DNA of 64,000 nucleotides from Antedon mediterranea (taxonomy: Eukaryota; Animalia; Echinodermata): contig NC_092677.1 in the NCBI RefSeq assembly GCF_964355755.1, positions 10,128,101 to 10,192,100 on the forward strand. The letters are read 5' to 3'. How positions within the stretch are numbered: the stretch's first letter is position 1; each line of letters opens with the position of its first letter. The position numbers and the translations under genes are program-made. Positions 1-14,063 of this stretch are shown in pieces. Under the pieces are notes generated by a model that did no database searches, had not been told where the DNA came from, and saw only the letters and a program-made list of their open reading frames with translations.

Positions 1-1190
1 GTCCTGGCATTCCAGAAATGTGCCACTTGCCCCGGCCCAGTGCGGGCAAGTACGGGTTTTAAAGCAATTTAAAATGCGTATTTTTAGTGTTATTTTACTA
101 AGTATTAATAGCACCCCACTTTTAAAGTGGCAATATGACCACACCCCGACGCCTCGGGCCGGGTACACAATAGTATAGATTGACGTAGTATGGTCCTGAC
201 TTTCCAGAAATGTGCCACTTGCCCCGGCCCAGTGCGGTCAAGTACGTGTTTAAAAGCAATTTCAAATGCGTATTTTTAGCATTAATTTACTAAGAATTAA
301 TAGCACCACATTTAAAGTGGCCATATGACCACACCCCAACGCCTCGGGCCGGGAACACAATAGTATAGATTGACGTAGAATGGTCCTGGCATTCCAGAAA
401 TGTGCCACTTGCCCCGGCCCAGTGCGGGCAAGTACGGATTTTAAAGCAATTTAAAATGCGTATTTTTAGCATTAATTTAGTAAACACCACTTTTAAAGTG
501 GCCATATGACCACACCCCGACGCCTCGGGCCGGGTACACAATAGTATAGATTGACGTAGTATGGTCCTGGCTTTCCAGAAATGTGCCACTTGCCCCGGCC
601 CAGTGCGGGCAAGTACGGATTTTAAAGCAATTTAAAATGCGTGTTTTTAGTGTTATTTTACTAAGTATTAATAGCACCACTTTTAAAGTGGCCATTTGAC
701 CACACCCCGACGCCTCAGGCCGGATACACAATAGTATAGATTGACGTAGTATGGTCCTGGCTTTCCAGAAATGTGCCACTTGCAACGGCCCAGTGCGGGC
801 AAGTACGGATTTTAAAGCAATTTAAAATGCGTATTTTTAGCATTAATTTAGTAAACACCAGTTTTAAAGTGGCCATGACCACACCCCGACGCCTCGGGTC
901 GGGTTCACAATAGTATAGATTGATGTAGAATGGTCCTAGCATTCCATAAATGTGCCACTTGCCCCGGTGCGGGAAAGTACGTGTTTAAAAGCAATTTCAA
1001 ATGCGTATTTTTAGCATTAATTTACTAAGAATTAAAAGCACCACATTTAAAGTGGCCATAATGACCACACCCCGACGCCTCGGGCCGGGTACACAATAGT
1101 ATAGATTGACGTAGTATGGTCCTGGCATTGCAGAAATGTGCCACTTGCCCCGGCCCAGTGCGGGTAAAATGCGTATTTTTAGCATTAATT
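1..1190 (-). repeat. Satellite array, left arm (~6 monomers, reverse orientation; runs off the window)
   Basis: Reverse complement of the monomer at 1208-7790, e.g. gtggccatatgaccacaccccgacgcctcgggcc recurring every ~181-190 bp. Confidence 0.95.
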
Positions 1191-1207
1191 AACTAACATT
1201 AATTAAC

Positions 1208-4200
1208 AGGACCATACTACGTCAATCTATACTATCGTGAACCCGACCCGAGGCGTCGGTGTGTGGTCATAATGGCCACTTTAAAAGTGGTGTTTACTAA
1301 ATTAATGCTAAAAATACGCATTTTAAATTGCTTTAAAACACGTACTTGCCCGCACTGGGCCGGGGCACATTTCTGGAATTCCAGGACCATAGTACGTCAA
1401 TCTATACTATTATATACCCGGCCCGAGGCGTCGGGGTGTGGTCATATGGCCACTTTAAATGTGGTGCTATTAATTCTTAGTAAATTAATGATAAAAATAC
1501 GCATTTTAAATTGCTTTAAAACACGTACTTGCCAACACTGGGCCGGGGCAAGTGGCACATTTATGGAATGCCAGGACCATTCTACATCAATCTATACTAT
1601 TGTGAACCCGACCCGGGGCGTCGGGGTGTGGTCATATGGCCACTTTAAAAGTGGTGTTTACTAAATTAATGCTAAAAATACGCATTTTAAATTGCTTTAA
1701 AATCCGTACTTGCCCGAACTGGGCCGGGGCAAGTGGCACTTTTCTGGAAAGCCAGGACCATACTACGTCAATCTATACTATTGTGTACCCGACCTGAGGC
1801 GTCGGGGTGTGGTCATATGGCCACTTTTAAAGTGGTGCTATTATAATACTTAGTAAAATAACACTAAAAAGACGCATTTTAAATTGCTTTAAAACCCGTA
1901 CTTGCCCACACTGGGCTGGGGCAAGTAGCACATTTCTGGAATGCCAGGACCATACTACGTCAATCTATACTATTGTGTACCCGGTCCGGGGCGTCTGGGT
2001 GTGGTCATATGGCCACTTTAAAAGTGGTGTTTACTAAATTAATGCTAAAAATACGCATTTTAAATTGCTTTAAAATCCGTACTTGCCGGCACTGGGCCGG
2101 GGCAAGTGGTATATTTCTGGAATGCCAGGACCATACTACGTCAATCTATACTATTGTGTACCCGGCCCGAGGGGCCGGGGTGTGGTCATATTATGGCCAC
2201 TTTAAATGTGGTGCTATTAATTCTTAGTAAATTAATGCTAAAAATACGCATTTGAAATTGCTTTTAAACACGTACTTGCCCGCACTGGGCCGGGGCAAGT
2301 GGCACATTTATGGAATGCCAGGACCATTCTACATCAATCTATACTATTGTGAACCCGACCCGAGGCGTCGGGGTGTGGTCATATGGCCACTTTAAATGTG
2401 GTGCTATTAATTCTTAGTAAATTAATGCTAAAAATACACATTTGAAATTGCTTTTAAACACGTACTTGCCCGCACTGGGCCGGGGCAAGTGGCACATTTA
2501 TGGAATGCCAGGACCATTCTACATCAATCTATACTATTGTGAACCCGACCCGAGGCGTCGGGGGTGTGGTCATATGGCCACTTTAAAAGTGGTGTTTACT
2601 AAATTAATGCTAAAAATACGCATTTTAAATTGCTTTAAAATCCGTACTTGCCCGCACTGAGCCGGGGCAAGTGGCATATTTCTGGAATTCCAGGACCATA
2701 CTACGTCAATCTATACTATTGTGTTCCCGGCCCGAGGCGTCGGGGTGTGGTCATATGGCCACTTTAAATGTGGTGCTATTAATTCTTAGTAAATTAATGC
2801 TAAAAATACGCATTTGAAATTGCTTTTAAACACGTACTTGCCCGCACTGGGCCGGGGCAAGTGGCACATTTCTGGAAAGCCAGGACCATACTACGTCAAT
2901 CTATACTATTGTGTACCCGGCCCGAGGCGTCGGGGTGTGGTCATATTGCCACTTTAAAAGTGGGGTGCTATTAATACTTAGTAAAATAACACTAAAAATA
3001 CGCATTTTAAATTGCTTTAAAACCCGTACTTGCCCGCACTGGGCCGGGACAAGTGGCACATTTCTGGAATGCCAGGACCATACTACGTCAATATATATTA
3101 TTGTGTACCCGGCCCGAGGCGTCGGGGTGTGGTCATATGGCCACTTTAAAAGTGGTGCTATTAATACTTAGTAAAATAACACTAAAAATTCGCATTTTAA
3201 ATTGCTTTAAAACACGTACTTGCCCGCACTGGGCCGGGGCAAGTGGCACATTTCTGGAATGTCCGGACCATTCTACGTCAATCCATACTATTGTGAATCC
3301 GGCCCGAGGCGTCGGAGTGTGGTCATATGGCCACTTTAAAGAGTTGTGTTTACTAAATTAATGCTAAAAATACGCATTTGAAATTGCTTTTAAACACGTA
3401 CTTGCCCGCACTGGGCCGGGGCAAGCGGCACATTTCTGGAATGCCAGGACCATACTACGTCAATCTATACTATTATTAACCCGGCCCGAGGCGTCGGGGT
3501 GTGGTCATATGGCCACTTTAAATGTGGTGCTATTAATTCTTAGTAAATTAATGCTAAAAATACGCATTTTAAATTGCTTTAAAACACGTACTTGCCAACA
3601 CTGGGCCGGGGCAAGTGGCACATTTATGGAATGCCAGGACCATTCTACATCAATCTATACTATTGTGAACCCGACCCGGGGCGTCGGGGTGTGGTCATAT
3701 GGCCACTTTAAAAGTGGTGTTTACTAAATTAATGCTAAAAATACGCATTTTAAATTGCTTTAAAATCCGTACTTGCCCGCACTGGGCCGGGGCAAGTGGC
3801 ACATTTCTGGAAAGCCAGGACCATACTACGTCAATCTATACTATTGTGTACCCGACCTGAGGCGTTGGATTGTGGTCATATGGCCACTTTAAAAGTGGTG
3901 CTATTATAATACTTAGTAAAATAACACTAAAAAGACGCATTTTAAATTGCTTTAAAACCCGTACTTGCCCACACTGGGCCGGGGCAAGATGCACATTTCT
4001 GGAATGCCAGGACCATACTACGTCAATCTATACTATTGTGTACTCGGTCCGAGGCGTCGGGGTGTGGTCATATGGCCACTTTAAAAGTGGTTTTTACTAA
4101 AAATGCTAAAAATACGCATTTTATATTGCTTTAAAATCCGTACTTGCCCGCACTGGGCCGGGGCAAGTGGCATATTTCTGGAATGCCAGGACCATACTAC

Positions 4201-7200
4201 GTCAATCTATACTATTGTGTTCCCGGCCCGAGGCGTCGGGGTGTGGTCATATGGCCACTTTAAATGTGGTGCTATTAATTCTTAGTAAATTAATGCTAAA
4301 AATACGCATTTGAAATTGCTTTTAAACACGTACTTGCCCGCACTGGGCCGGGGCAAGTGGCACATTTCTGGAAAGCCAGGACCATACTACGTCAATCTAT
4401 ACTATTGTGTACCCGGCCCGAGGCGTCGGGGTGTGGTCATATGGCCACTTTAAAAGTGGTGTTTACTAAATTAATGCTAAAAATACGCATTTTAAATTGC
4501 TTTAAAATCCGTACTTGCCCGCACTGGGCCGGGGCAAGTGGCATATTTCTGGAATGCCAGGACCATACTACGTTAATCTATACTATTGTGTTCCCGGCCC
4601 GAGGCGTCGGGGTGTGGTCATATGGCCACTTTAAATGTGGTGCTATTAATTCTTAGTAAATTAATGCTAAAAATACGCATTTGAAATTGCTTTTAAACAC
4701 GTACTTGCCCGCACTGGGCCGGGGCAAGTGGCACATTTCTGGAAAGTCAGGACCATACTTCGTCAATCTATACTATTGTGTACCCGGCCCGAGGCGTCGG
4801 GGTGTGGTCATATGGCCACTTTAAAAGTGGTGTTTACTAAATTAATGCTAAAAATACGGATTTTAAATTGCTTTAAAATCCGTACTTGCCCGCACTGGGC
4901 CGGGGCAAGTGGCACATTTCTGGAATGCCAGGACCATTCTACGTCAATCTATACTATTGTGTTTCCGGCCCGAGGCGTTGGGGTGTGGTCATATGGCCAC
5001 TTTAAAAGTGGTGCTATTAATTCTTAGTAAATTAATGCTAAAAATACGCATTTGAAATTGCTTTTAAACACGTACTTGCCCGCACTGGGCCGGGGCAAGT
5101 GGCACATTTCTGGAAAGTCAGGACCATACTACGTCAATCTATACTATTGTGTACCCGGCCCGAGGCGTCGGGGTGTGGTCATATGGCCACTTTAAAAGTG
5201 GTGTTTACTAAATTATTGCTAAAAATACGAATTTTAAATTGCTTTAAAATCCGTACTTGCCCGCACTGGGCCGGGGCAAGTGGCATATTTCTGGAATGCC
5301 AGGACCATACTACGTCAATCTATACTATTGTGTTCCCGGTCCGAGGCGTCGGGGTGTGGTCATATGGCCACTTTAAATGTGGTGCTATTAATTCTTAGTA
5401 AATTAATGCTAAAAATACGCATTTTAAATTGCTTTAAAATACGTACTTGCTCACACTGGGCCGGGGCAAGTGGCACATTTCTGGAATGCCAGGACCATAC
5501 TACGTCAATCTATACTATTGTGTACTCGGTCCGAGGCGTCAGGGCGTGGTCATATGGCCACTTTAAAAGTGGTGTTTACTAAAAATGCTAAAAATACGCA
5601 TTTTAAATTGCTTTAAAATCCGTACTTGCCCGCACTGGGCCGGGGCAAGTGGCATATTTCTGGAATGCCAGGACCATACTACGTCAATCTATACTATTGT
5701 ATTCCCGGCCCGAGGCATCGGGGTGTGGTCATATGGCCACTTTAAATGTGGTGCTATTAATTCTTAGTAAATTAATGTTAAAAATACGCATTTGAAATTG
5801 CTTTTAAACACGTACTTGCCCGCACTGGGCCGGGGCAAGTGGCACATTTCTGGAAAGCCAGGACCATACTACGTCAATCTATACTATTGTGTACCCGGCC
5901 CGAGGCGTCGGGGTGTGGTCATATGGCCACTTTAAAAGTGGTGTTTACTAAATTAATGCTAAAAATACGCATTTTAAATTGCTTTAAAATCCGTACTTGC
6001 CCGCACTGGGCCGGGGCAAGTGGCACATTTCTGGAATGCCAGGACCATTCTACGTCAATCTATACTATTGTGTTCCCGGCCCGAGGCGTTGGGGTGTGGT
6101 CATATGGCCACTTTAAAAGTGGTGCTATTAATTCTTAGTAAATTAATGCTAAAAATACGCATTTGAAATTGCTTTTAAACACGTACTTGCCCGCACTGGG
6201 CCGGGGCAATTGGCACATTTCTGGAAAGTCAGGACCATACTACGTCAATCTATACTATTGTGTACCCGGCCCGAGGCGTCGGGGTGTGGTCATATGGCCA
6301 CTTTAAAAGTGGTGTTTACTAAATTAAAGCTAAAAATACGCATTTTAAATTGCTTTAAAATCCGTACTTGCCCGCACTGGGCCGGGGCAAGTGGCATATT
6401 TCTGGAATGCCAGGACCATACTACGTCAATCTATACTATTGTGTTCCCGGCCCGAGGCGTCGGGGTGTGGTCATATGGCCACTTTAAATGTGGTGCTATT
6501 AATTCTTAGTAAATTAATGCTAAAAATACGCATTTGAAATTGCTTTTAAACACTTACTTGCCCGCACTGGGCCGGGGCAAGTGGCACATTTAAGGAATGC
6601 CAGGACCATTCTACATCAATCTATACTATTTTGAACCCGACCCGAGGCGTCGGGGTGTGGTCATATGGCCACTTTAAAAGTGGTGCTATTAATTCTTAGT
6701 AAATTTTTGCTAAAAATACGCATTTGAAATTGCTTTAAAACACGTACTTGCACGCACTGGGCGGCCGGGGCAGGTGGCACATTTCTGGAATACCAGGACC
6801 ATACTACGTTAATCTATACTATTGTGTACCCGGCCCGAGGCGTCGGGGTGTGGTCATATTGCCACTTTAAAAGTGGTGCTATTAATACTTAGTAAAATAA
6901 CACTAAAAATACGCATTTTAAATTGGTTTAAAACCCGTACTTGCCCCCACTGGGCCGGGGAAAGTGGCACATTTCTGGAATGCCACGACCATACTACGTC
7001 AATCTATATTATTGTGTACCCGGCCCGAGGCGTCGGGGTGTGGTCATATGGCCACTTTAAAAGTGGTGCTATTAATTCTTAGTAAATTATTGCTAAAAAT
7101 ACGCATTTGAAATTGCTTTAAAACACGTACTTGCCCGCACTGGGCCGGAGCAGGTGGCACATTTCTGGAATGCCAGGACCATACTACGTCAATCTATACT

Positions 7201-7790
7201 ATTTGTGTACCCGGCCCGATGCGTCGGGGTGTGGTCATATGGCCACTTTAAAAAAGTGGTGTTTACTAAATTAATGCTAAAAATACGCATTTTAAATTGC
7301 TTTAAAACACGTACTTGCCCGCACTGGGCCGGGGCAAGTGGCACATTTCTGGAATGCCAGGACCATTTATTCTACGTCAATCTATACTATCGTGAACCCG
7401 GCCCGAGGCGTCGGGGTGTGGTCATATGGCCACTTTAAAAGTGGTGCTATTAATTCTTAGTAAATTATTGCTAAAAATACGCATTTGAAATTGCTTTAAA
7501 ACACGTACTTGCCCGCACTGGGCCGGGGCAGGTGGCACATTTCTGGAATGCCAGGACCATACTACGTCAGTCTATACTATTGTGTACCCGACGCGAGGCG
7601 TCGGTGTGTGGTCATATGGCCACTTTAAAAAGTGGTGTTTACTAAATTAATGCTAAAAATACGCATTTTAAATTGCTTTAAAATCCGTACTTGCCCGATC
7701 TGGGTCGGGGCAAGTGGCACATTTCTGGAATTCCAGGACCATACTACGTCAATCTATACTATTGTGAACCCGGCCCGAGGCGTTGGTATG
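1208..7790 (+). repeat. Satellite array, right arm (~35 monomers of ~181 and ~190 bp, with a 371-bp dimer)
   Basis: The unit ggccggggcaagtggcacatttctggaatgccaggaccatactacgtcaatc...gtacttgcccgcactg repeats head to tail. Near-identical spurious ORFs start at 4357, 4728, 5099 and 5839, 6210 (371-bp spacing). Confidence 0.97.
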
Positions 7791-8371
7791 GTCGTAATAT
7801 CGGAACTAAAAAATGTAAATCTGTGATAAAATAGGTACATCTACACTAGGTCTACTTTGGTACGAATTTGGGCCAGCCGGTCGGCCGCGGCCTAGCGAAC
7901 GTCGAATAAGGAACCAACTTCACGAATGAATGTCGAATAGGGAATAAGTAACAGCAGGAGATTGGTTGGTGGCGCACGGCATATTTACCGCTGGGAAATT
8001 ATCATTTTCGAAATTTTGGCCTAGCCTAGCGAATGTCGAACGTCGAATAAGGAACCAACTTCCATTAACGAATGTCGAATAAGGAATAAGTAACCAACTT
8101 CACGGCGCTAGTTAATTGTTACATTTTTTTAGTTCATGATTGAATCAAAACATCATGTTTGTGTATTTTATTTTAGTGCAGATAGTATGAAATAGTTTCA
8201 CTGCTTCTTGACCAATAATATAGTCACCCATACATGTTACAACAGGAGTACAAATGGGTACCTCTGCCACCACTCACTCCACCAATGATACTCAACTCAG
8301 TCAGCACTGAGCCTGGATAGTAGTACTAGGCCTAGCCTAGGCCTAGTACCATCTGAAAAAAATGAACCCAC

Positions 8372-8479
8372 CTTTGTTTCTAATGTAGGCCCTTCTTTAA
8401 AACCTATTTCTTTCTTGAATTTCTTAAGAAAGCTCGGTTCTGACGGCTTAATAAAGTTGACTGACTTTTTGCCTGCCAT
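8372..8479 (-). CDS. KIAA1143: KIAA1143-like (DUF4604) protein, first coding exon; remainder lies to the left, probably outside the window
   Basis: MAGKKSVNFIKPSEPSFLKKFKKEIGFKEGPTLETK resembles the recalled KIAA1143 N-terminus (..[30 protein letters not shown]) and is followed by a GTGGGT donor. Confidence 0.8.
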
Positions 8480-10735
<2,256 letters not shown>

Positions 10736-13700
10736 CTGTAGCTTTCTTAATTTGTTCAATTTGTATTGTAAGAGAATACTCATTTTCATACTTGAAATTG
10801 TGTCCATTAAGACCTGTTCACACAATGAGTTTGTTGTCATTGTTCTGTCCACGCTATGATTGGATGGGTTTTGGTGTATTGTAAAATACTGTAATCTGAA
10901 TTGATTACATAATTTCAATTACTTTATTATAGTAATAGTAAGTTAAAACCTAAAGTAAAAATTAAACTGGAAAGATTTTGAAACCATTTATAAATTTTCA
11001 AAACGGGGACAAAAATATGTACATTAGTGTTGTTTATACAGGCTGATTTTGAAGATCTTTTTGCAGCTATTTTTGTTACAGGTTCATTACATAGGATCAA
11101 GTATGAAACAGACCTTATTTGTAATCAATGTTCAAATGTTGCAATGATTTATTTCAAATAAATGTATCATACATTACAACAGTATGATTCTTTTGTATAT
11201 GCTCATAATTAAAATACTCTACCAATAAAGGCTTACACTGTACATTTGACTTTCACATCAACATTTATTGGATCAGGTTTATTAATAAACAGTTGTTTAT
11301 CCAATCAAAAATAGTGTAGTATATTTGAGCCAATCAATAACGTCACAAATGTTGTCCAGAAATTCAGAAGATTCAACCAATCAGACAACAGAGATTTTCT
11401 AAAAACTGCAGACGATTTTAAGTAGGCCTAGCTACATGTGTGGTACATTGTTACTGGCGGTATGGCTAGGCCTGAATAATCTAATCATTATTATTTGAAG
11501 AAAATCATTATTAGAATAATGTGAAGTGACCAGACTACAAAATTAACTGACAAAAGGCAATTACCAGGTAGCGAATTACCGTCAAAATGAGAGTAGAAGG
11601 TACGTTAAAAGCTACTATTAGGCCTTTGTTTTACTGTTGGGAGGCCAGATCAATATAGATAAGGGACTTGGGGGCCATTGTCCGGTGGACAGTGGTGGCG
11701 CATTTTATGATCGATGCCTCTGCTCTATCAAATGTATTCCTACCATTATTTAATATAAAGCCAACCAATGAAATATTGCTAGCAATAGTGGGCCATTTAT
11801 TATTTGGCATTCTTTTATATGAACCTGAAAATGTCAGTGTAAATCTCCTAGGTCTAGATACTAGTAGTAGTAGTACTAATAATGTTATATAGGGGTAGTC
11901 AGGCCTAGAGAAGAGAAGTAGTTGCAGTAATAATGCAGTAACGCCGGTACGTATGGTACCATATCAATTGAAAGGATACACACGTTTGCTTGATTGGTAA
12001 ACAATGAATTGTCCCAAAATGAGGAAAGTCACTTGTCTTTAAACAAGGAATATTCAATTCATTCTTGGTTTCTTTCATCCAATGTTTCACATTTAACATT
12101 ACTACAGTATTAGATGATCCTTATCTAGGTTCTATACAGCAAATAGGATTAATATTTGTAAAAAGAAAATATTTAGGCACTTAGCGATCATTAAATCACC
12201 ATACAAAAATCAAAATGCCCAACAAATAGTAACATAGTACAGTATAAATTTAGTACTGTTAATACTATTCAAATCTCACTTTAGGGGTGGATCCAGGATT
12301 GTTTTAAAATAAAAATATATTGTCCCCCTGAAAAAATAATTAGTACAATTTTTATTTTTGGTTGAATTTATTTATTTCTTTTTTTTTCTACCTATTCAAA
12401 GTCTGATTTAATTAATCTTCATATTTCATGTTTTTGGGGACCGTCGTAATAGACCGTCAAAAATCGATATCAAAAGAGGGAGTGCTCCCTTAGTGCTACC
12501 CTCTGTGCATATCAGGCACAAGCTAAAAAACGACAGTAGGCTTTATTGGGCATCTTTTTGTTAAACTTTTATTTTCTACAACAATGAAAATTACAACAAG
12601 CTGAACCACTTGTTGCCTGCTGCTCGTGTGTTTATCTTCTTTCAGACTCAACAATTTTAAATAGTTTTTAAAAAGTAGGCTACAAATAATATACACACAT
12701 TACTGTCTTTTTCAATTCCTTACTTTATACCTCGGCATTAATACTTAACAAAACATTTCGGTTACCAAACTTTTTTCTTTAAATTTCTTTTTAGGATACT
12801 AATTGTAGCACATTTTTTAAAATGAAGATGGTATCAGAACTCTGTACCTCTTACTTTTTTAACTATTTTCTCATTTATATAAAACCTTACGTTAAGACCG
12901 TTCTTAAATAAATTATACTTCTGCATATTAAATATGTTTACTTCTTTTCTAGCATGTACGAAAATTATTCAATCACTTCAACAATTTTCTATTAAAAATA
13001 GTTGTATGTTCCGAAATCTGATGTGCACTTATTAATGTTTTTAAATAATATTTCTTAACTTAAAGCTTTTTTTTTAATTATTAAAACCTAGATATATTTT
13101 TTCACACATTATCTAATGGAATTTTAAACATGGAAAAAATATGAGAAAAACCCTTTATCACAATGACTGTAATAGTTGGTTATGGCGACTGTTCAATAGT
13201 GCATGTTAATGTTACTAATGCACTACATGATCATTATTGCCTTGACGTTTTGTCATTTGCTATTTTCTCCAGGCTAAACAAAAACACAAATATGCCTTTA
13301 AATAAAAAAACTCTCCCATATGCAAAATATTGCCTAGCAAAGGCTAGTATAATTTTATCACTTATACTCATAAATTAAATTGTTATAGAACAGACATGGT
13401 TCTTTGATCTTCATGCAGTTTTCTGCAATCATGTCATCAAATGTGTTATTTCTTTCTTTCAAAACTATGCTTGAGCTGGCTGAAAAATAACAAAAAATGT
13501 ATACAAATATTAAAAATGATCAATTATCACAAAATTGAGCAACAATAACATTTTCCATTTTTCTAATTGACTTTTAGCAATAAAAAAAATAGTGGTTTTG
13601 TTTATAAACTACCAGTGAATACGAGTTAGCTGTGGATGTGTAAATGACATTTAAGTCGAAACAAGTTTGTGATAAAATCTTCAAATTGTGGTAAATTATT

Positions 13701-14063
13701 GCGAAACCTACTTTTTTTTTTGCAATTTTAATGTGTGTACTTTCAGTCAAAGTTTCAAGCCATTCATGAGTTTGACAATAAAGTATTGAATTGAAGATAA
13801 CACTTTTCAGTTATTCATTCAGGAGATTTTGTTTTCCTTAAGTTTAAGTCAAAGTTATGTTTGATAAAGTTACAAAGTTTGTAACAAATTCTTTGTAATC
13901 TATCATTATCAAACTTTATGTGAAAAAAATAATTGATGTGCCCTTATATGGACATAATGATGTCATATCACAATTTAAGCAATCACTACCATATTTGGGC
14001 ACATCACTTTTTTTTGTCAAACTAGATCGATAGTGTAGACAGAGCTTTACAACTTTATTACAG

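Noticed and set aside
1208-7790. CRISPR array or hammerhead-ribozyme satellite
   Set aside because: There are no unique spacers and no cas genes, the context is eukaryotic, and no CTGANGA..GAAA core is visible in the monomer.
290-7826. Dozens of similar 60-130 aa ORFs that look like a tandem gene family
   Set aside because: They are translations of the satellite: they appear in several frames, are broken by frameshifts and stops, and resemble no known domain.
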